From Tortispora ganteri (Eukaryota), in the NCBI GenBank assembly GCA_003707115.1, contig PPNB01000013.1, positions 62,001 through 126,000 of the forward strand: 64,000 nucleotides of DNA, in the 5' to 3' direction. A program made the translations under genes and the position numbers. How positions within the stretch are numbered: position 1 is the first letter of the stretch; each line of letters opens with the position of its first letter. This document shows, piece by piece, positions 41,556 to 52,281 of the stretch. The notes beneath the pieces are model-generated. The model was not told the DNA's origin. It did not search any database and saw only the letters and a program-made list of their open reading frames with translations.

Positions 41556-42698
41556 ATGGTCATGGTTAATAAAGAGACTCCTCTAGGTAACCCTCCACAG
41601 TCCTACCAAGTGGTATTGCCGCCCATTTCGTCCATAATAGACCCGTCGTCCAGTTATTCGAACTCGCCTAAAGCACTGCCGTTTTCTTCGGGTAGTCCAT
41701 ACCCGGCTTCGGTGGGCTCACAATCATCATACACAACCCCTTTCAGAACAACCTATAGTGCTCATGACTCTGCATCATCTTCATTGGCTTCTAGCAGAGT
41801 CACGAGTCCTAATCCTACACCTAATATTGAGTCCGCTTATGAAGATCATCAGCATGGGCATTTGCCGCAAGCACCTATACCTTGTCCCCCATCCGCACAG
41901 CGCAATGTACAAGTGCAACAGACATACATACCGCCTGAATACGAACTTGCTGCTGATGCTCTGAACAGTCTCAAATCTTCATCTGTTGACCATTCCTACC
42001 AGTCCTCTATACATTCAGTTACCCCTCCATCCGGCAGCAGCTACTTTCCTTCAACCCAAACTGCCGTCTCTTCTATAAAACTCCCTCCAATGGAACCTCC
42101 CTGCAATGCGAATGCGATGCTTCCACAAATACGTGTCGCAAATCCGTCATACTCGACGTCCGCTATGTCATACCCCATAACTGGCCCATACTATGCCGGA
42201 AGCGTTCCTCCCGGTCCTGTTCCGAATGCTCATCAGCAACCTCATAGCATTGGAATGATACAGGGCCCTTCAGCACCCAGACGATATAGTGCAGATCCTC
42301 AGTGCTATCCTGATATGACGGCTGTGCCGGCGAGGTATGCGCAGCTACATACGCCACACAATGCGATGCATCAAGGTGTCGCCACACCGGTTCAGATGAA
42401 GCTACCTATAGATGTAGAGTCTCACACGGTTAGCGATGGCTATGATGCTCAGCAGAGCCGCCCACAGAGCCCTGATGCTAATGGTTCGGGTCATTATGTC
42501 TGTTCGATATGCAACCGAGGTTTTTCGCGTCCAAGTTCACTCAAGATCCACATACACTCGCATACAGGAGAAAAGCCATTTATGTGCCCTGAACCTGGAT
42601 GCAATAAATCATTTTCTGTGCGTTCCAATATGCGCAGACATCAAAAAGGATGCCACCCTAAGTCTTCTTCAAACCTTTCTACGCCTAAGGATGATTAA
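41556..42698 (+). CDS. Two-finger C2H2 transcription factor, MtfA/Loz1/Nrg1-related
   Basis: C-terminal YVCSICNRGFSRPSSLKIHIHSHTGEKPFMCPEPGCNKSFSVRSNMRRHQKGCH; N-terminal LPPISSI motif; about 3.4 kb of upstream intergenic sequence. Confidence 0.88.
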   Translation: MVMVNKETPLGNPPQSYQVVLPPISSIIDPSSSYSNSPKALPFSSGSPYPASVGSQSSYTTPFRTTYSAHDSASSSLASSRVTSPNPTPNIESAYEDHQHGHLPQAPIPCPPSAQRNVQVQQTYIPPEYELAADALNSLKSSSVDHSYQSSIHSVTPPSGSSYFPSTQTAVSSIKLPPMEPPCNANAMLPQIRVANPSYSTSAMSYPITGPYYAGSVPPGPVPNAHQQPHSIGMIQGPSAPRRYSADPQCYPDMTAVPARYAQLHTPHNAMHQGVATPVQMKLPIDVESHTVSDGYDAQQSRPQSPDANGSGHYVCSICNRGFSRPSSLKIHIHSHTGEKPFMCPEPGCNKSFSVRSNMRRHQKGCHPKSSSNLSTPKDD

Positions 42699-43048
42699 AA
42701 ATATGCCTCGGGTCGGTACCTTTTACGCATATATAGCCGACAATCGCCGCGCAAGTTAGCGAAACTAAAAATAGTGATTACTATCTAGTGTGGGAATACA
42801 AAAGGAGAAATGAATGAGAAAAAAAACATATTGGTGACATTATCTTTCTATTCTCTGATTATGATTTTCTTGGATCGAGAGGCCTTGAGGCTATCGAGCA
42901 AGTCTTGTCATTGGTATGTTTATCTGTACATTATATAATAATTAAATCGTAAGTATATATTTTTATACAGGCAAACACGGTCGACTGCTTTATTTTTTGA
43001 CAGATAAATGGCATAGAAATGAGTAATGTATCAATTTGCCGGATATAT

Positions 43049-44245
43049 TCAAAGCTCATCCCAGCCGAATATCAATTGCTGGGCTCTGCGAGACAGCCAC
43101 GGAAGCCAACGGTCATTCTTCGAGTTGTTATCAACCACAGAGACAGACAAAGGTGTTCTATGTAAATCTTTGCTCTTGAATATCGCGCCTGAGCGTTTTG
43201 CCTGTACTCTGCGCAAACTTGGTTTCTGATCCGAGCCTGTGTTAATACGCCCAGGAGAGAGACGATGACGAGGGTCACTGAACCGAGATCTCTGAGTGCT
43301 GTTTACGTTCCCGACAAGGAGTGATTGAGCAGGTGGTGTTTTGAGGGCATTGTTTGGGGTGCTAATGTCCGAAGATAAGGTAAGCGCTGAGTTGCGAGTC
43401 TCATAGGATTTCAGTTCTGTCATTTCGGGCTGACTTGTGCGCAGAGATGATGAAGAAGATGCACTGTCCGGTCCCGGTACACAGCCTATACGGAACCCTC
43501 CAATTTTTGCGCCATTTTCTGTAAGTGCTTTTGACACAGAAGCTGGGTCTGCGTAAGTGATGTGAACGGCGCGGTCGGCTTCGAGACGATGGTGCACGAC
43601 GGAACCGTATTGGCTGAAATGGTCGATTATTTGCGGGATAAGATAGCTGGGGAATCCAAAGATGACTATTGTGTCAGATGAGACGGACGGAGTTTCGCCG
43701 CCATTGACTACAGTCGAGATACTTTTTTGGTCATCTGTGTTCACATAGGGAAAAGAGCGGGCAGCTGTAGGGAAGTTAGTGGCAGCTGCAGATTTAGGGG
43801 CCGAGGACCGGACAGTCTGAATATTTGACATTGAGGTGCTAGACGGGATTGAAGGTGAGTCAGAGTACGCGGTGAGAGGATTAACGAGAGATCTAAGATC
43901 GTTCATGCTTTGAGTTGGGGGTAGGTCTCCGCGAACGTTAGTTCTGCCGTTGGAGACGCTGGATGGCATGGGCGTACCAAAAGATGAACCACCAAATTGC
44001 GATCGTCTAGATGATACCGAAAGGTTTGCAAGATCATCGGAGTCTTGCTCGGTGAACTTTGATTTTAGACGAGAGCTGGAGAGCTGTTTCATGCTTTGCG
44101 ATGGAGTAAGGCGAGACCGCGTCGACGAGCCAGCAGAACTCATTCCGCTACGAGTTTTCGGTGATGGTAAAGGCGACTGTACCCATGACGGTCGGTTGAC
44201 AGACCGTTTAAGTGTAGGTGTGCCGTTTGTTGCGGGTGTTGACAT
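43049..44245 (-). CDS. NUP53: Nucleoporin Nup53/Nup59/Nup35 type
   Basis: ATG at 44245; disordered N-terminus with LPPTQS, RRM-like IVIFGFP....IIDHFSQYG...ITY.....KAL.ENG.....IGCVP, C-terminal amphipathic helix ending LIFGWDEL. Confidence 0.82.
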   Translation of the reverse strand: MSTPATNGTPTLKRSVNRPSWVQSPLPSPKTRSGMSSAGSSTRSRLTPSQSMKQLSSSRLKSKFTEQDSDDLANLSVSSRRSQFGGSSFGTPMPSSVSNGRTNVRGDLPPTQSMNDLRSLVNPLTAYSDSPSIPSSTSMSNIQTVRSSAPKSAAATNFPTAARSFPYVNTDDQKSISTVVNGGETPSVSSDTIVIFGFPSYLIPQIIDHFSQYGSVVHHRLEADRAVHITYADPASVSKALTENGAKIGGFRIGCVPGPDSASSSSSLRTSQPEMTELKSYETRNSALTLSSDISTPNNALKTPPAQSLLVGNVNSTQRSRFSDPRHRLSPGRINTGSDQKPSLRRVQAKRSGAIFKSKDLHRTPLSVSVVDNNSKNDRWLPWLSRRAQQLIFGWDEL

Positions 44246-44575
44246 TGATGGTGCAGGTAGAGAAAAACAACAAGGGGAGGGGGGGATGAGTTGGGTTAGG
44301 TGGGCAAAAAAGAGGTATCGAGACAGGCCGCTGTCAAGGAATAGCGAAATCCTAGAAGGCTTGTAAAATAAGAAGAAGAAGAAAATAAACAATATAAATT
44401 AAGAAAATAAGAAATTAAGGAAATAAGAAAATAAGAAATAAGAAAATTGTCATTAATCGTATCAGATTTTAGAATCGGTGGGGGGGGTCAAATCTCTAAA
44501 ACAAAAGAGAGATGACTGACGCAGTTGATTGGAAACGCAAAAGTCAATGAAAGTGAAAGTAAATGACAATTAGGC

Positions 44576-45208
44576 TTATGACACCAGATCTTTAGCAATA
44601 GCGTATAAGCGATCTATTTTTTGATCGTTTAAATCAAACATTTTCATACTCGCATTGACGAGTATATCGAGGTACTCTGGACTGACTAAAGGCACTGTTC
44701 TGTTATTGACAGTACCACCAATTGGCACTTCCATACGCAACGACCCCGTTCTAATCGCCACCGCCATTTGATTAGGGCCGATCCCACTTTCACGCATTCC
44801 TGCATCAAGTGCTTTGATTACAAGCATTCTCGACCATTCAGCACCGTTGCATTGAACGTGTAGAATTACTGGCTCAAATTTGAACCACACTGTAGGCTCT
44901 ATTGGCGCATTTGTAAATTGTTCATTGCCAAATACTTCCTTGTACAACGAGAACCCATCTAGCAACTCAGATTTATCATGACATACGTATTTCCAAGTAC
45001 CTGTGTGCTTTAATCCTCCAAAAACAGTAACACGACCTGAACAAGACGAAGTAGTAAACATGTTAGGGTGCTGGTTGATCAGTTCCATTGTAGGAATGAG
45101 TTTAGAGTCAATAGATCCTTTTGGAGATTTATCTGCGTCTTGACTTTTCCAAGCTTCAAGTGAACTCTTCTTTTTCTGTCTGAACCGCGCTTCATGGTTA
45201 CTCGGCAT
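44576..45208 (-). CDS. TYW3: tRNA wybutosine-synthesising methyltransferase
   Basis: DKSPKGSID, IN.HP...TTSSCSGR, KFEP.ILHV.C, AG.RESG. Confidence 0.92.
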   Translation of the reverse strand: MPSNHEARFRQKKKSSLEAWKSQDADKSPKGSIDSKLIPTMELINQHPNMFTTSSCSGRVTVFGGLKHTGTWKYVCHDKSELLDGFSLYKEVFGNEQFTNAPIEPTVWFKFEPVILHVQCNGAEWSRMLVIKALDAGMRESGIGPNQMAVAIRTGSLRMEVPIGGTVNNRTVPLVSPEYLDILVNASMKMFDLNDQKIDRLYAIAKDLVS

Positions 45209-45348
45209 TCCACTAATAGAGGTTGTCGAAAGTCAGCTTTGCAGGGTGAAGTACATACACCACCAAAATATATATATATATTCATGTATTGTATAAATTA
45301 ATAACGTCTATGCACAAAAATCAGCAAACAGCGGTCAGTTGACATTGT

Positions 45349-47631
45349 CTAGCGACTACGTGAACTTCCACCGCTGACACTATCATTAGATTCATTAGAG
45401 TTGCTCATGCTTGCACTCGCAGATCCTGTAATGCTTCGAATGGGAACTTCGCATTTCGTACTAGCAGCACTACCTGGAGTCGCATACTCCTGGGGCTTAC
45501 CATGAGGTCGAAGACTTTCTGGCATAACGTCATGGGCTGGCGCAGTTGGTACACGCTGTGGACGTCCTGGAGGGCTTTCATAGTACATCTCCTTTCTTGC
45601 CATACGAGGGTCGCCGTACTCCTCCGCGCCGTACGCAGAAGGCATCATAGATTGTGGTCTATATCCGTGACCCGAGGACGGCAGAGAGATCATCGATCCG
45701 CGGCTAGAAAGCGTCCCGGAAGACATGAATGAGGACTGCCGAATATCCGGTGCGCTTCTCTGACCAATGCGATTCAAACTGTCCACTTCGTGAAATCGGT
45801 CAGAAGCCATACCTATTAATGGATCATTTATAACCTGAAAAAGCATATCACGCTTAGATCTGTTTGAAGGGGGAGGCGATACAACATCATGGTATCCTCG
45901 GCTCATTCGGCTGTCGGGTCGACCATCGGTATCAATGCCACGATAAGCTAACCGCGAAGGCCCACTGGCTCTTCGATTTCTTTGCGCAGTAAATGTCATC
46001 ATATCTATCTCGCCATCGGGTGGAATAGCAGCAGTCGCTACAGACAGTCTGCTTGAACTTCGATACCTGGGATCGTATCCTCCACCAGGACCGTAATCGC
46101 CGTACTGCTGTGCCATCATTGGTCCATTAAAAGAGTTCTGACGTCTGTAGTAACCTTCGGGCATTGGTGATTGTGATGGAGGTGCTTGGTAACTCATTTG
46201 CGTAACAGGACGGTGAGACATCCCGTATCCATTCTCCGGTGGTATTTGCTGCCTGCCAGAATCATGCAGGTTGTAGTTGTAGCTCATAGACCTTGCCGGA
46301 GGAGGTCCATAAGAGCGGCTAGGAATATCCCTATAATATTGCTGAGGTGCGTTACGCGGATATCCATAACCGTAATCTACCGGATAATCCATACCTTGTG
46401 GTATGCGAGATAATCGCGGATCATCGTACTGTCGACGCCTGCTATATCCTGGCATAGGACCTTGCTGCGGTGCATACTGCTGTGGACCTTGACGCATCCT
46501 AGGCGTTGCATAAGGAGGAATATCTACCTGGTTCGGAGGAATAGCCTCGGCAGCATCAGTAACTGGAGGAGCCTTTCCGTTATTCATTCCGGGTCGGTTT
46601 GTTTCTGGCAATGATTCGGCGTACTGGACGTATGGCGCAAACTCGTCAAAAGAACCGTTGTCTTTGACTTTTTCTGGTGAAGCAGCTGACTTTCTGGTAG
46701 GTGGAGAAGGCGGCTGTTGTTCTTCAGCCGTTTGTTCCAAGTTCTGTGGTTGATCTTTGTTTGGGTGTCCGTCCACTGAAGCCTGAATGTCTGTGCGTAG
46801 ATTTCGCTTATCAGACGCGATGGAAGAATAGTATAGAGGCACGGAAGCTGGTGCCTTGTACGCAAATTCGTGATCGGAAGGAAGGTTGTTGAGTGTAGGG
46901 GGATTGGCAGGCAAATCATGATGCTTAGAGGGAGATTGAGAATGCGCGAAATTCGGATTTAAGGGGTCTGGAGGGAGAGTAGACTTATGCAGAGGGGAAG
47001 TGTCTGGCTGATACGGTGTGTAATCAGAATGCCGATACTGTACGTTTTCATCAGCAGACGCAATAGGTTTCGATAAAGGGAATGAGTTACCAGTATTGGG
47101 GTTTCGAATGTTTCTATCAGACGAAGGCGAATCCGCAAGAGGACTAGATGAAGGCAGACGAGCTATTTGTTGATCTAAGGACCCTGAAGACGTAAGTGCC
47201 GGGGTTGGAGCATTGGCATTGACAACGGCAGCAACGGGAATGGCAGACGAAGATGGATAACTATTCGGCACTTGCGGAAAATGCAATTGATTAACAGGAG
47301 ACGCAGATTTTGTAGGTGGTGAAGGGGATTGTATGGGGTTGGATGCGTGCGGAGCAGCAGGAAGAGGACTGGCGGATCCGACGGGGCGTCTTTGGAGGGG
47401 AGTACGCGAAGGAGAAGGGGAGGCAGTAGCTGAACGCGAAGAAGAAGTGCTGGTATAGGAAGCGGATTTTTCAGGAGGTGGAGGAGGCGGCAATTCGCGG
47501 TTTCGAGCAGAACCGGCTGAAGCTGTAGAAAGGTCCTTTGGAGGAGGAGCGGGAGATCGCTGGTAGTGCGAATAGTTTGACTTGGTTGAATCAGGGGAAG
47601 AATGTTTCTTGAAGCGCAAGAGAGATTTCAT
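45349..47631 (-). CDS. Hypothetical Pro/Ser-rich disordered protein (about 760 aa)
   Basis: 2.3-kb uninterrupted ORF with ATG at 47631. Polyproline and many SP and RxxS motifs; no recognisable folded domain. Confidence 0.75.
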   Translation of the reverse strand: MKSLLRFKKHSSPDSTKSNYSHYQRSPAPPPKDLSTASAGSARNRELPPPPPPEKSASYTSTSSSRSATASPSPSRTPLQRRPVGSASPLPAAPHASNPIQSPSPPTKSASPVNQLHFPQVPNSYPSSSAIPVAAVVNANAPTPALTSSGSLDQQIARLPSSSPLADSPSSDRNIRNPNTGNSFPLSKPIASADENVQYRHSDYTPYQPDTSPLHKSTLPPDPLNPNFAHSQSPSKHHDLPANPPTLNNLPSDHEFAYKAPASVPLYYSSIASDKRNLRTDIQASVDGHPNKDQPQNLEQTAEEQQPPSPPTRKSAASPEKVKDNGSFDEFAPYVQYAESLPETNRPGMNNGKAPPVTDAAEAIPPNQVDIPPYATPRMRQGPQQYAPQQGPMPGYSRRRQYDDPRLSRIPQGMDYPVDYGYGYPRNAPQQYYRDIPSRSYGPPPARSMSYNYNLHDSGRQQIPPENGYGMSHRPVTQMSYQAPPSQSPMPEGYYRRQNSFNGPMMAQQYGDYGPGGGYDPRYRSSSRLSVATAAIPPDGEIDMMTFTAQRNRRASGPSRLAYRGIDTDGRPDSRMSRGYHDVVSPPPSNRSKRDMLFQVINDPLIGMASDRFHEVDSLNRIGQRSAPDIRQSSFMSSGTLSSRGSMISLPSSGHGYRPQSMMPSAYGAEEYGDPRMARKEMYYESPPGRPQRVPTAPAHDVMPESLRPHGKPQEYATPGSAASTKCEVPIRSITGSASASMSNSNESNDSVSGGSSRSR

Positions 47632-49500
47632 GGTTTTCAATGATAAGCAGGGTATAAATCCAAGGAAAATAAGATGATTAGTAAATTAATAACGTGATTA
47701 GTTATTGTTCGAAGCAATGATGGAACGACAATAACGAAAGACGAAGAATGCAGTGGATAAGAGATTGAATGTTGAACAAGAATTTTGACCTAACAAAAAG
47801 GTTAAACAAAGAGCGAAGATAAAGAATGAAACAAATATACGCAAAATCAAAATCGATTCAAAATAATTAAAGGCCGAAAGAGAAGGGGGGGAAACTACTT
47901 TAAGAAAAACAGCTAAATCTTCTATTGAAATGCAAGCGGCGAGAATAAAGGAAGCGATTGAAAAATAGAAGTTATTGAAATGAGTCCGTTTAAGTGAATA
48001 CTTTCAACGGTATCTCCCTTTTGCAGTATTAAAAGAAAAGTAGGTTAAAATTTCAGACAGAAGCTGAACGCGAATTCGATGTTTGATTTTGGTATAATTT
48101 AGTGGATTGGCGAGACTGTCAATATGGTAGATTTTAGCCCTGTTTTTTCCTTGCTCATTTGGCGGTTCTATAACTTTAATACGTTTACAGTTATTGTTAC
48201 CGTGCAACTAGTGTTTTCATTGGCTGATTTGTAGTTTCAGACCCTGGACCTGGGGAATATTCTATTTTTCTGCTATATTAAATCATATGTTAATTTGCGG
48301 CAAGTACGCCGCGAATATTTGTACTACATTTTGTATAGTTTACGTACTGATAATACACTAGATTATACAACTAGTTTTATAAACTACACTTTCGCAAAAA
48401 TCGTGCCCAGGAACAATTTTGTCGTTCTAGACTAAGCCTCATTTACGTTTACGAGTTAGAAAGTCAATTAAAGTTTGTAATTAGAACTCTTTTTTTGATC
48501 GTTCTTCTTGCTCTTAACATATTGCAAGCTTTACATTCGTCCCTACATTCCGCAGAACGCGTTAAAATCTATTATTTTTAATGCCTTAATATGTTCGCAA
48601 TTCGTTTAAATATGCTTTATGAAAATCTACACAGAAACAATGACGTTTTTGGCTGCTAAATGATATCTATTCATACCGTCTCTTTTGGGCGGTTAATCGT
48701 CGAATTGACTGACCATGCGACGGATAGACGGCCCCGCCCTACTCTTAATCCTGCTACCGCCATGCAATCTCACATTTCTTCCTGCGCTCTTTGGATATAG
48801 TCATTTCGAAGTATTTTAAAGTTTTTTAGCGATTTGGTAATTATCTCGTTTCTCTGAATATGACCACAAGTATCACACAGGCTAAAGCGCTCGGCCCGCC
48901 ACATAATTTGTACATGATCGGCATTTCCAACCCTAATACAGCTGCTACATTCAGCTGACTGACGATCACATCCGATAATGTCTAAATATATATGTCAATT
49001 CTTATTAAAGTAACATTGTTCAATTAAATATTATAATATAAATATCGTGGCTATTTCAGCGCACAGAATTAGTGTTTGTCTTGAAATAAAAGTAATAGTA
49101 AATATCTTGCGTGTGACCAGTATAGTCAAAGACGACGATTAGACAGAGACACAAGCAAATTAAAGCAACAATGCTGCTTAGACCAGCAATTACTGTGGCT
49201 CAACATTTATCTATCTCGGCGTTCGACTCCTTGTCTCTCTCAATGCAATTAAACTCCCATAAGCTAGCCAACTAACATGTTGTATAAACAAAAACAAAAA
49301 GAATTAATAACAACAAATAGCTGATCAACAAGTTAAAATTTGAACAGTTCAACACATGAATCAAATAAAAAACCAGAAAAAAAATCATAAAATAGCTCAC
49401 AAAAATAGCTAACAAACAAATCATCAACTGAATATGTGCAAACACAAGCGGATAAACGTCTACCACAATGGAACAACCTGTCATGCATTCATGTTAGCAC

Positions 49501-52281
49501 TTACAATGACATAGTCAACCAATCCCATTGGTTTGTCGCTCCAGAACGGTCCGATTTGTTACCGCTAGCTTTCTGCCCAAGCGTGTCATTGCCCGAAACA
49601 GAAGAAGTGGCAACTGCTTTTCGTTGCTGCAACGCAATCTGTTGCTGTAATGCGTATATTTGTCTTCTTTGCTGCATCTGTTGCTGCATATGTTGCTGCA
49701 TAGATTTGTTCGATCCATTCACACCACCGCGAATGCCACCGTTTGTGCCATCCGGGCCACTACTCAGTCGCGCTGTGCGTAACTGACTGCTTCCAGGAGA
49801 GAGCTGTGACCCACCGGTGTGGATTCCTTGACCATACGGTCTACTACCACCGGCTTGTGATCCAACCATCATGTTGTTATGCACAGGGACAACTCCTGAA
49901 ATGTTTTGTGGCTTAGGAATAATAGGAATAGTACTTCCACCTGGACTAGACATAGAGCCACCAAATCCTGGACTGGGCCCAATAAGATCAGGAGGTGTAG
50001 TGTTGGCACTGCTTCCATCTTGGCTAATAAGCCATGGTGGACTTTCAGAAGAAATAGACTGTGGTTTACCATCAGATCCATTTGGCGATAAACCAGCAGA
50101 TGAACTCTTCCTTGAATTTGATCCACCGGTTTTCCTTCCTGAACGACTGTTACCAGAACCATTCGTGCCAGAATTGCCATTAGCACGGTTGCGCTTCTTA
50201 ATTACGTCAGTCTTTAAGGACAGAGGTCGCACAACTCCATGTAGCTTTAAAAACAATCCACAAGCGTTACATAAAGGTTCCCCTTCAGCGTTCCTTCGCC
50301 ATAACGGTGTGGTCTTAGTACGACAATTGGTACAAGATATCGGAGCGCCATTGGAATCTTTCAATTGTGCATTGGAAGCAATATCGCTACCTCTGGAGTT
50401 ATTCTTAGAACCATCCATATTAACAGTCGAAGCACTCGAACCCCTGGCAGAACCCCTGCCGTCGGCAGTTTTTGGCTCAGATGTAGATTGTCTTCGACCG
50501 CCATGGTTTTCTGATGTTGTAGATGAAAGACTAACTGAGGAAGATGTTCTGGCGGTTTTTGGTTTTCTCACAGCAGCTTGGTCTAGTCGACTTAAGCCGC
50601 TGGATCTCTCCGGAGCATTTATAGATGGTTCGCCGTACGATATAGTCCGTGCCAATGCTGCCATGCTTTTGCTGCCAGATCTTGAAAGGGAGGCGCTCGT
50701 TCCAAGCCCGGATGCAGCAGAGTGACGATGCTGAATCCCTGGTTTAGACGACAAGGAGTTGGTGCGGATTAAAAAGGAGTCATTCTGGTCAAACGCAGAA
50801 GTCAAATCTTGACTAATAGTAACGTCTTCGTCTTTTATTTCCTTCTTTTGGTTTGACATACCAAATCCTGGTCTACCAAATCCAGCAGGTAGAGAAGAAC
50901 CAAAATCAACTGCTAACTGATCCGATAAAACAAAGTCGTTTCTATCGTCAAAACTTGTTGGGAACATTCCAGACAATCTCTGTTTCTTCTCCTTACTAGG
51001 CCGGCTGGAAAAATCTTGAGGTATATTCTGATAGGATATTTGAGCTGGATCAATATGTTGAACAACAGGCTCACTGGATATCGATACAGCAGAGTTTTTG
51101 CGGCTGAAAGCTGAAGGGTCGTTGAAATCAAAAGAAACCGAAGCAGCACCAATAGATGAACTAGAGTTCTTAGGTTGTATCATGGAGCCATCATTTGACA
51201 TATCATTAAACAGGAAATTTCCTTGGCTTTGTCTGAAAGCAGAATAAAAAGACTGGTCTGGCGACATGAGTTGAGGAGTAGTAGCTTGTGATTCAAAGAC
51301 TGAACCAGAAAATAATCCTGCTACTTGATGAGGAGATTGGGCCACATTAGGGCTTCCTCCTCGTTGACTGCCATGAATTTGAGAAGAAAGAACAGACTTT
51401 CGCGGAACATCGAAATAAATCGAATCGTTTAGATCTGCACCGGCGAAAGGAGTAGAAACGGCTGAATTTTGCAATGAGGAAGAAGGAGAGAAGAAGTTAT
51501 TAACGGATTCAGAAATTGGGGCGGCAGAAGAAAAAGAATGCGGAGCACCTGATATCGGGGAATTGGCGGAAGACGGAAGAAACACTGAAGAGTTTCGAGT
51601 TACAGAAGCAGATAATCCAGAAGGATCAGGGGCGTCCACAGCAAACGGATCAAGCGTGAATTCAAAACCCGTATTACCAGAGTCATTCATTTCGATATCA
51701 TTAAAATTGTTCAGCGTTGAAACTTTGGACTGTTTCGGATCGAAAGACTGAGAAAGCCCTGTGAGAGTAGACGAATATTGCGACGCCGGGGGTGCATTTA
51801 TGTCATATTCTGGAATATTAGAAAGAGCACCAAAAAAGCTGCTAGAAGCACGAAGATCGACTTCAGATAGGTTTGCATCGGCATGAGCTGACGGAGAAAA
51901 CGGTGCAGGGCGTTTCCTATTAGGAGAGGAGACATTCGGAGACCCATGGCTTTGCTGATGTTGTCTAGTATCGAGACACTGATTATTATTATCATTAAGT
52001 GAGTTATTGTGGCCGGTAACACTGTGAACGTTGGTTGTGTTGCGTGGCGAAGTAGTTTTCCTATGGTCAGGGCGTTGAATAAATTCACCAAAGGGTGAAA
52101 ATGGAAGGCCAGACGGGGAGCCCACTATGGAGCTTGGAGTGTAAGTGAGATCATCTATCAGTACTGATTCCGGGTCTGACACTGTAGTTGCTGTAGATAG
52201 AGTTCCGAGAGATTGAGGAGAAGCTCTTGAGGAAGCTTTCCCACCGGCGGAGTTGTTGCGGCCCACAGAGATAGACATCAT
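49501..52281 (-). CDS. GAT1: Nitrogen-regulatory GATA factor (AreA/Gat1 type)
   Basis: [59 protein letters not shown], and the AreA-type C-terminus WDWLTMSL. Confidence 0.88.
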   Translation of the reverse strand: MMSISVGRNNSAGGKASSRASPQSLGTLSTATTVSDPESVLIDDLTYTPSSIVGSPSGLPFSPFGEFIQRPDHRKTTSPRNTTNVHSVTGHNNSLNDNNNQCLDTRQHQQSHGSPNVSSPNRKRPAPFSPSAHADANLSEVDLRASSSFFGALSNIPEYDINAPPASQYSSTLTGLSQSFDPKQSKVSTLNNFNDIEMNDSGNTGFEFTLDPFAVDAPDPSGLSASVTRNSSVFLPSSANSPISGAPHSFSSAAPISESVNNFFSPSSSLQNSAVSTPFAGADLNDSIYFDVPRKSVLSSQIHGSQRGGSPNVAQSPHQVAGLFSGSVFESQATTPQLMSPDQSFYSAFRQSQGNFLFNDMSNDGSMIQPKNSSSSIGAASVSFDFNDPSAFSRKNSAVSISSEPVVQHIDPAQISYQNIPQDFSSRPSKEKKQRLSGMFPTSFDDRNDFVLSDQLAVDFGSSLPAGFGRPGFGMSNQKKEIKDEDVTISQDLTSAFDQNDSFLIRTNSLSSKPGIQHRHSAASGLGTSASLSRSGSKSMAALARTISYGEPSINAPERSSGLSRLDQAAVRKPKTARTSSSVSLSSTTSENHGGRRQSTSEPKTADGRGSARGSSASTVNMDGSKNNSRGSDIASNAQLKDSNGAPISCTNCRTKTTPLWRRNAEGEPLCNACGLFLKLHGVVRPLSLKTDVIKKRNRANGNSGTNGSGNSRSGRKTGGSNSRKSSSAGLSPNGSDGKPQSISSESPPWLISQDGSSANTTPPDLIGPSPGFGGSMSSPGGSTIPIIPKPQNISGVVPVHNNMMVGSQAGGSRPYGQGIHTGGSQLSPGSSQLRTARLSSGPDGTNGGIRGGVNGSNKSMQQHMQQQMQQRRQIYALQQQIALQQRKAVATSSVSGNDTLGQKASGNKSDRSGATNQWDWLTMSL

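Noticed and set aside
532..42698. A metal-homeostasis gene cluster (ZIP, Bim1-like, CREG-His repeats, Loz1-like)
   Set aside because: The genes are scattered over 42 kb among unrelated housekeeping genes, so co-occurrence is not evidence of a cluster.
49871..50725. Long antisense ORFs (also 4709-5512, 60402-61043, 25154-25699)
   Set aside because: They overlap well-supported conserved genes and show no recognisable features.
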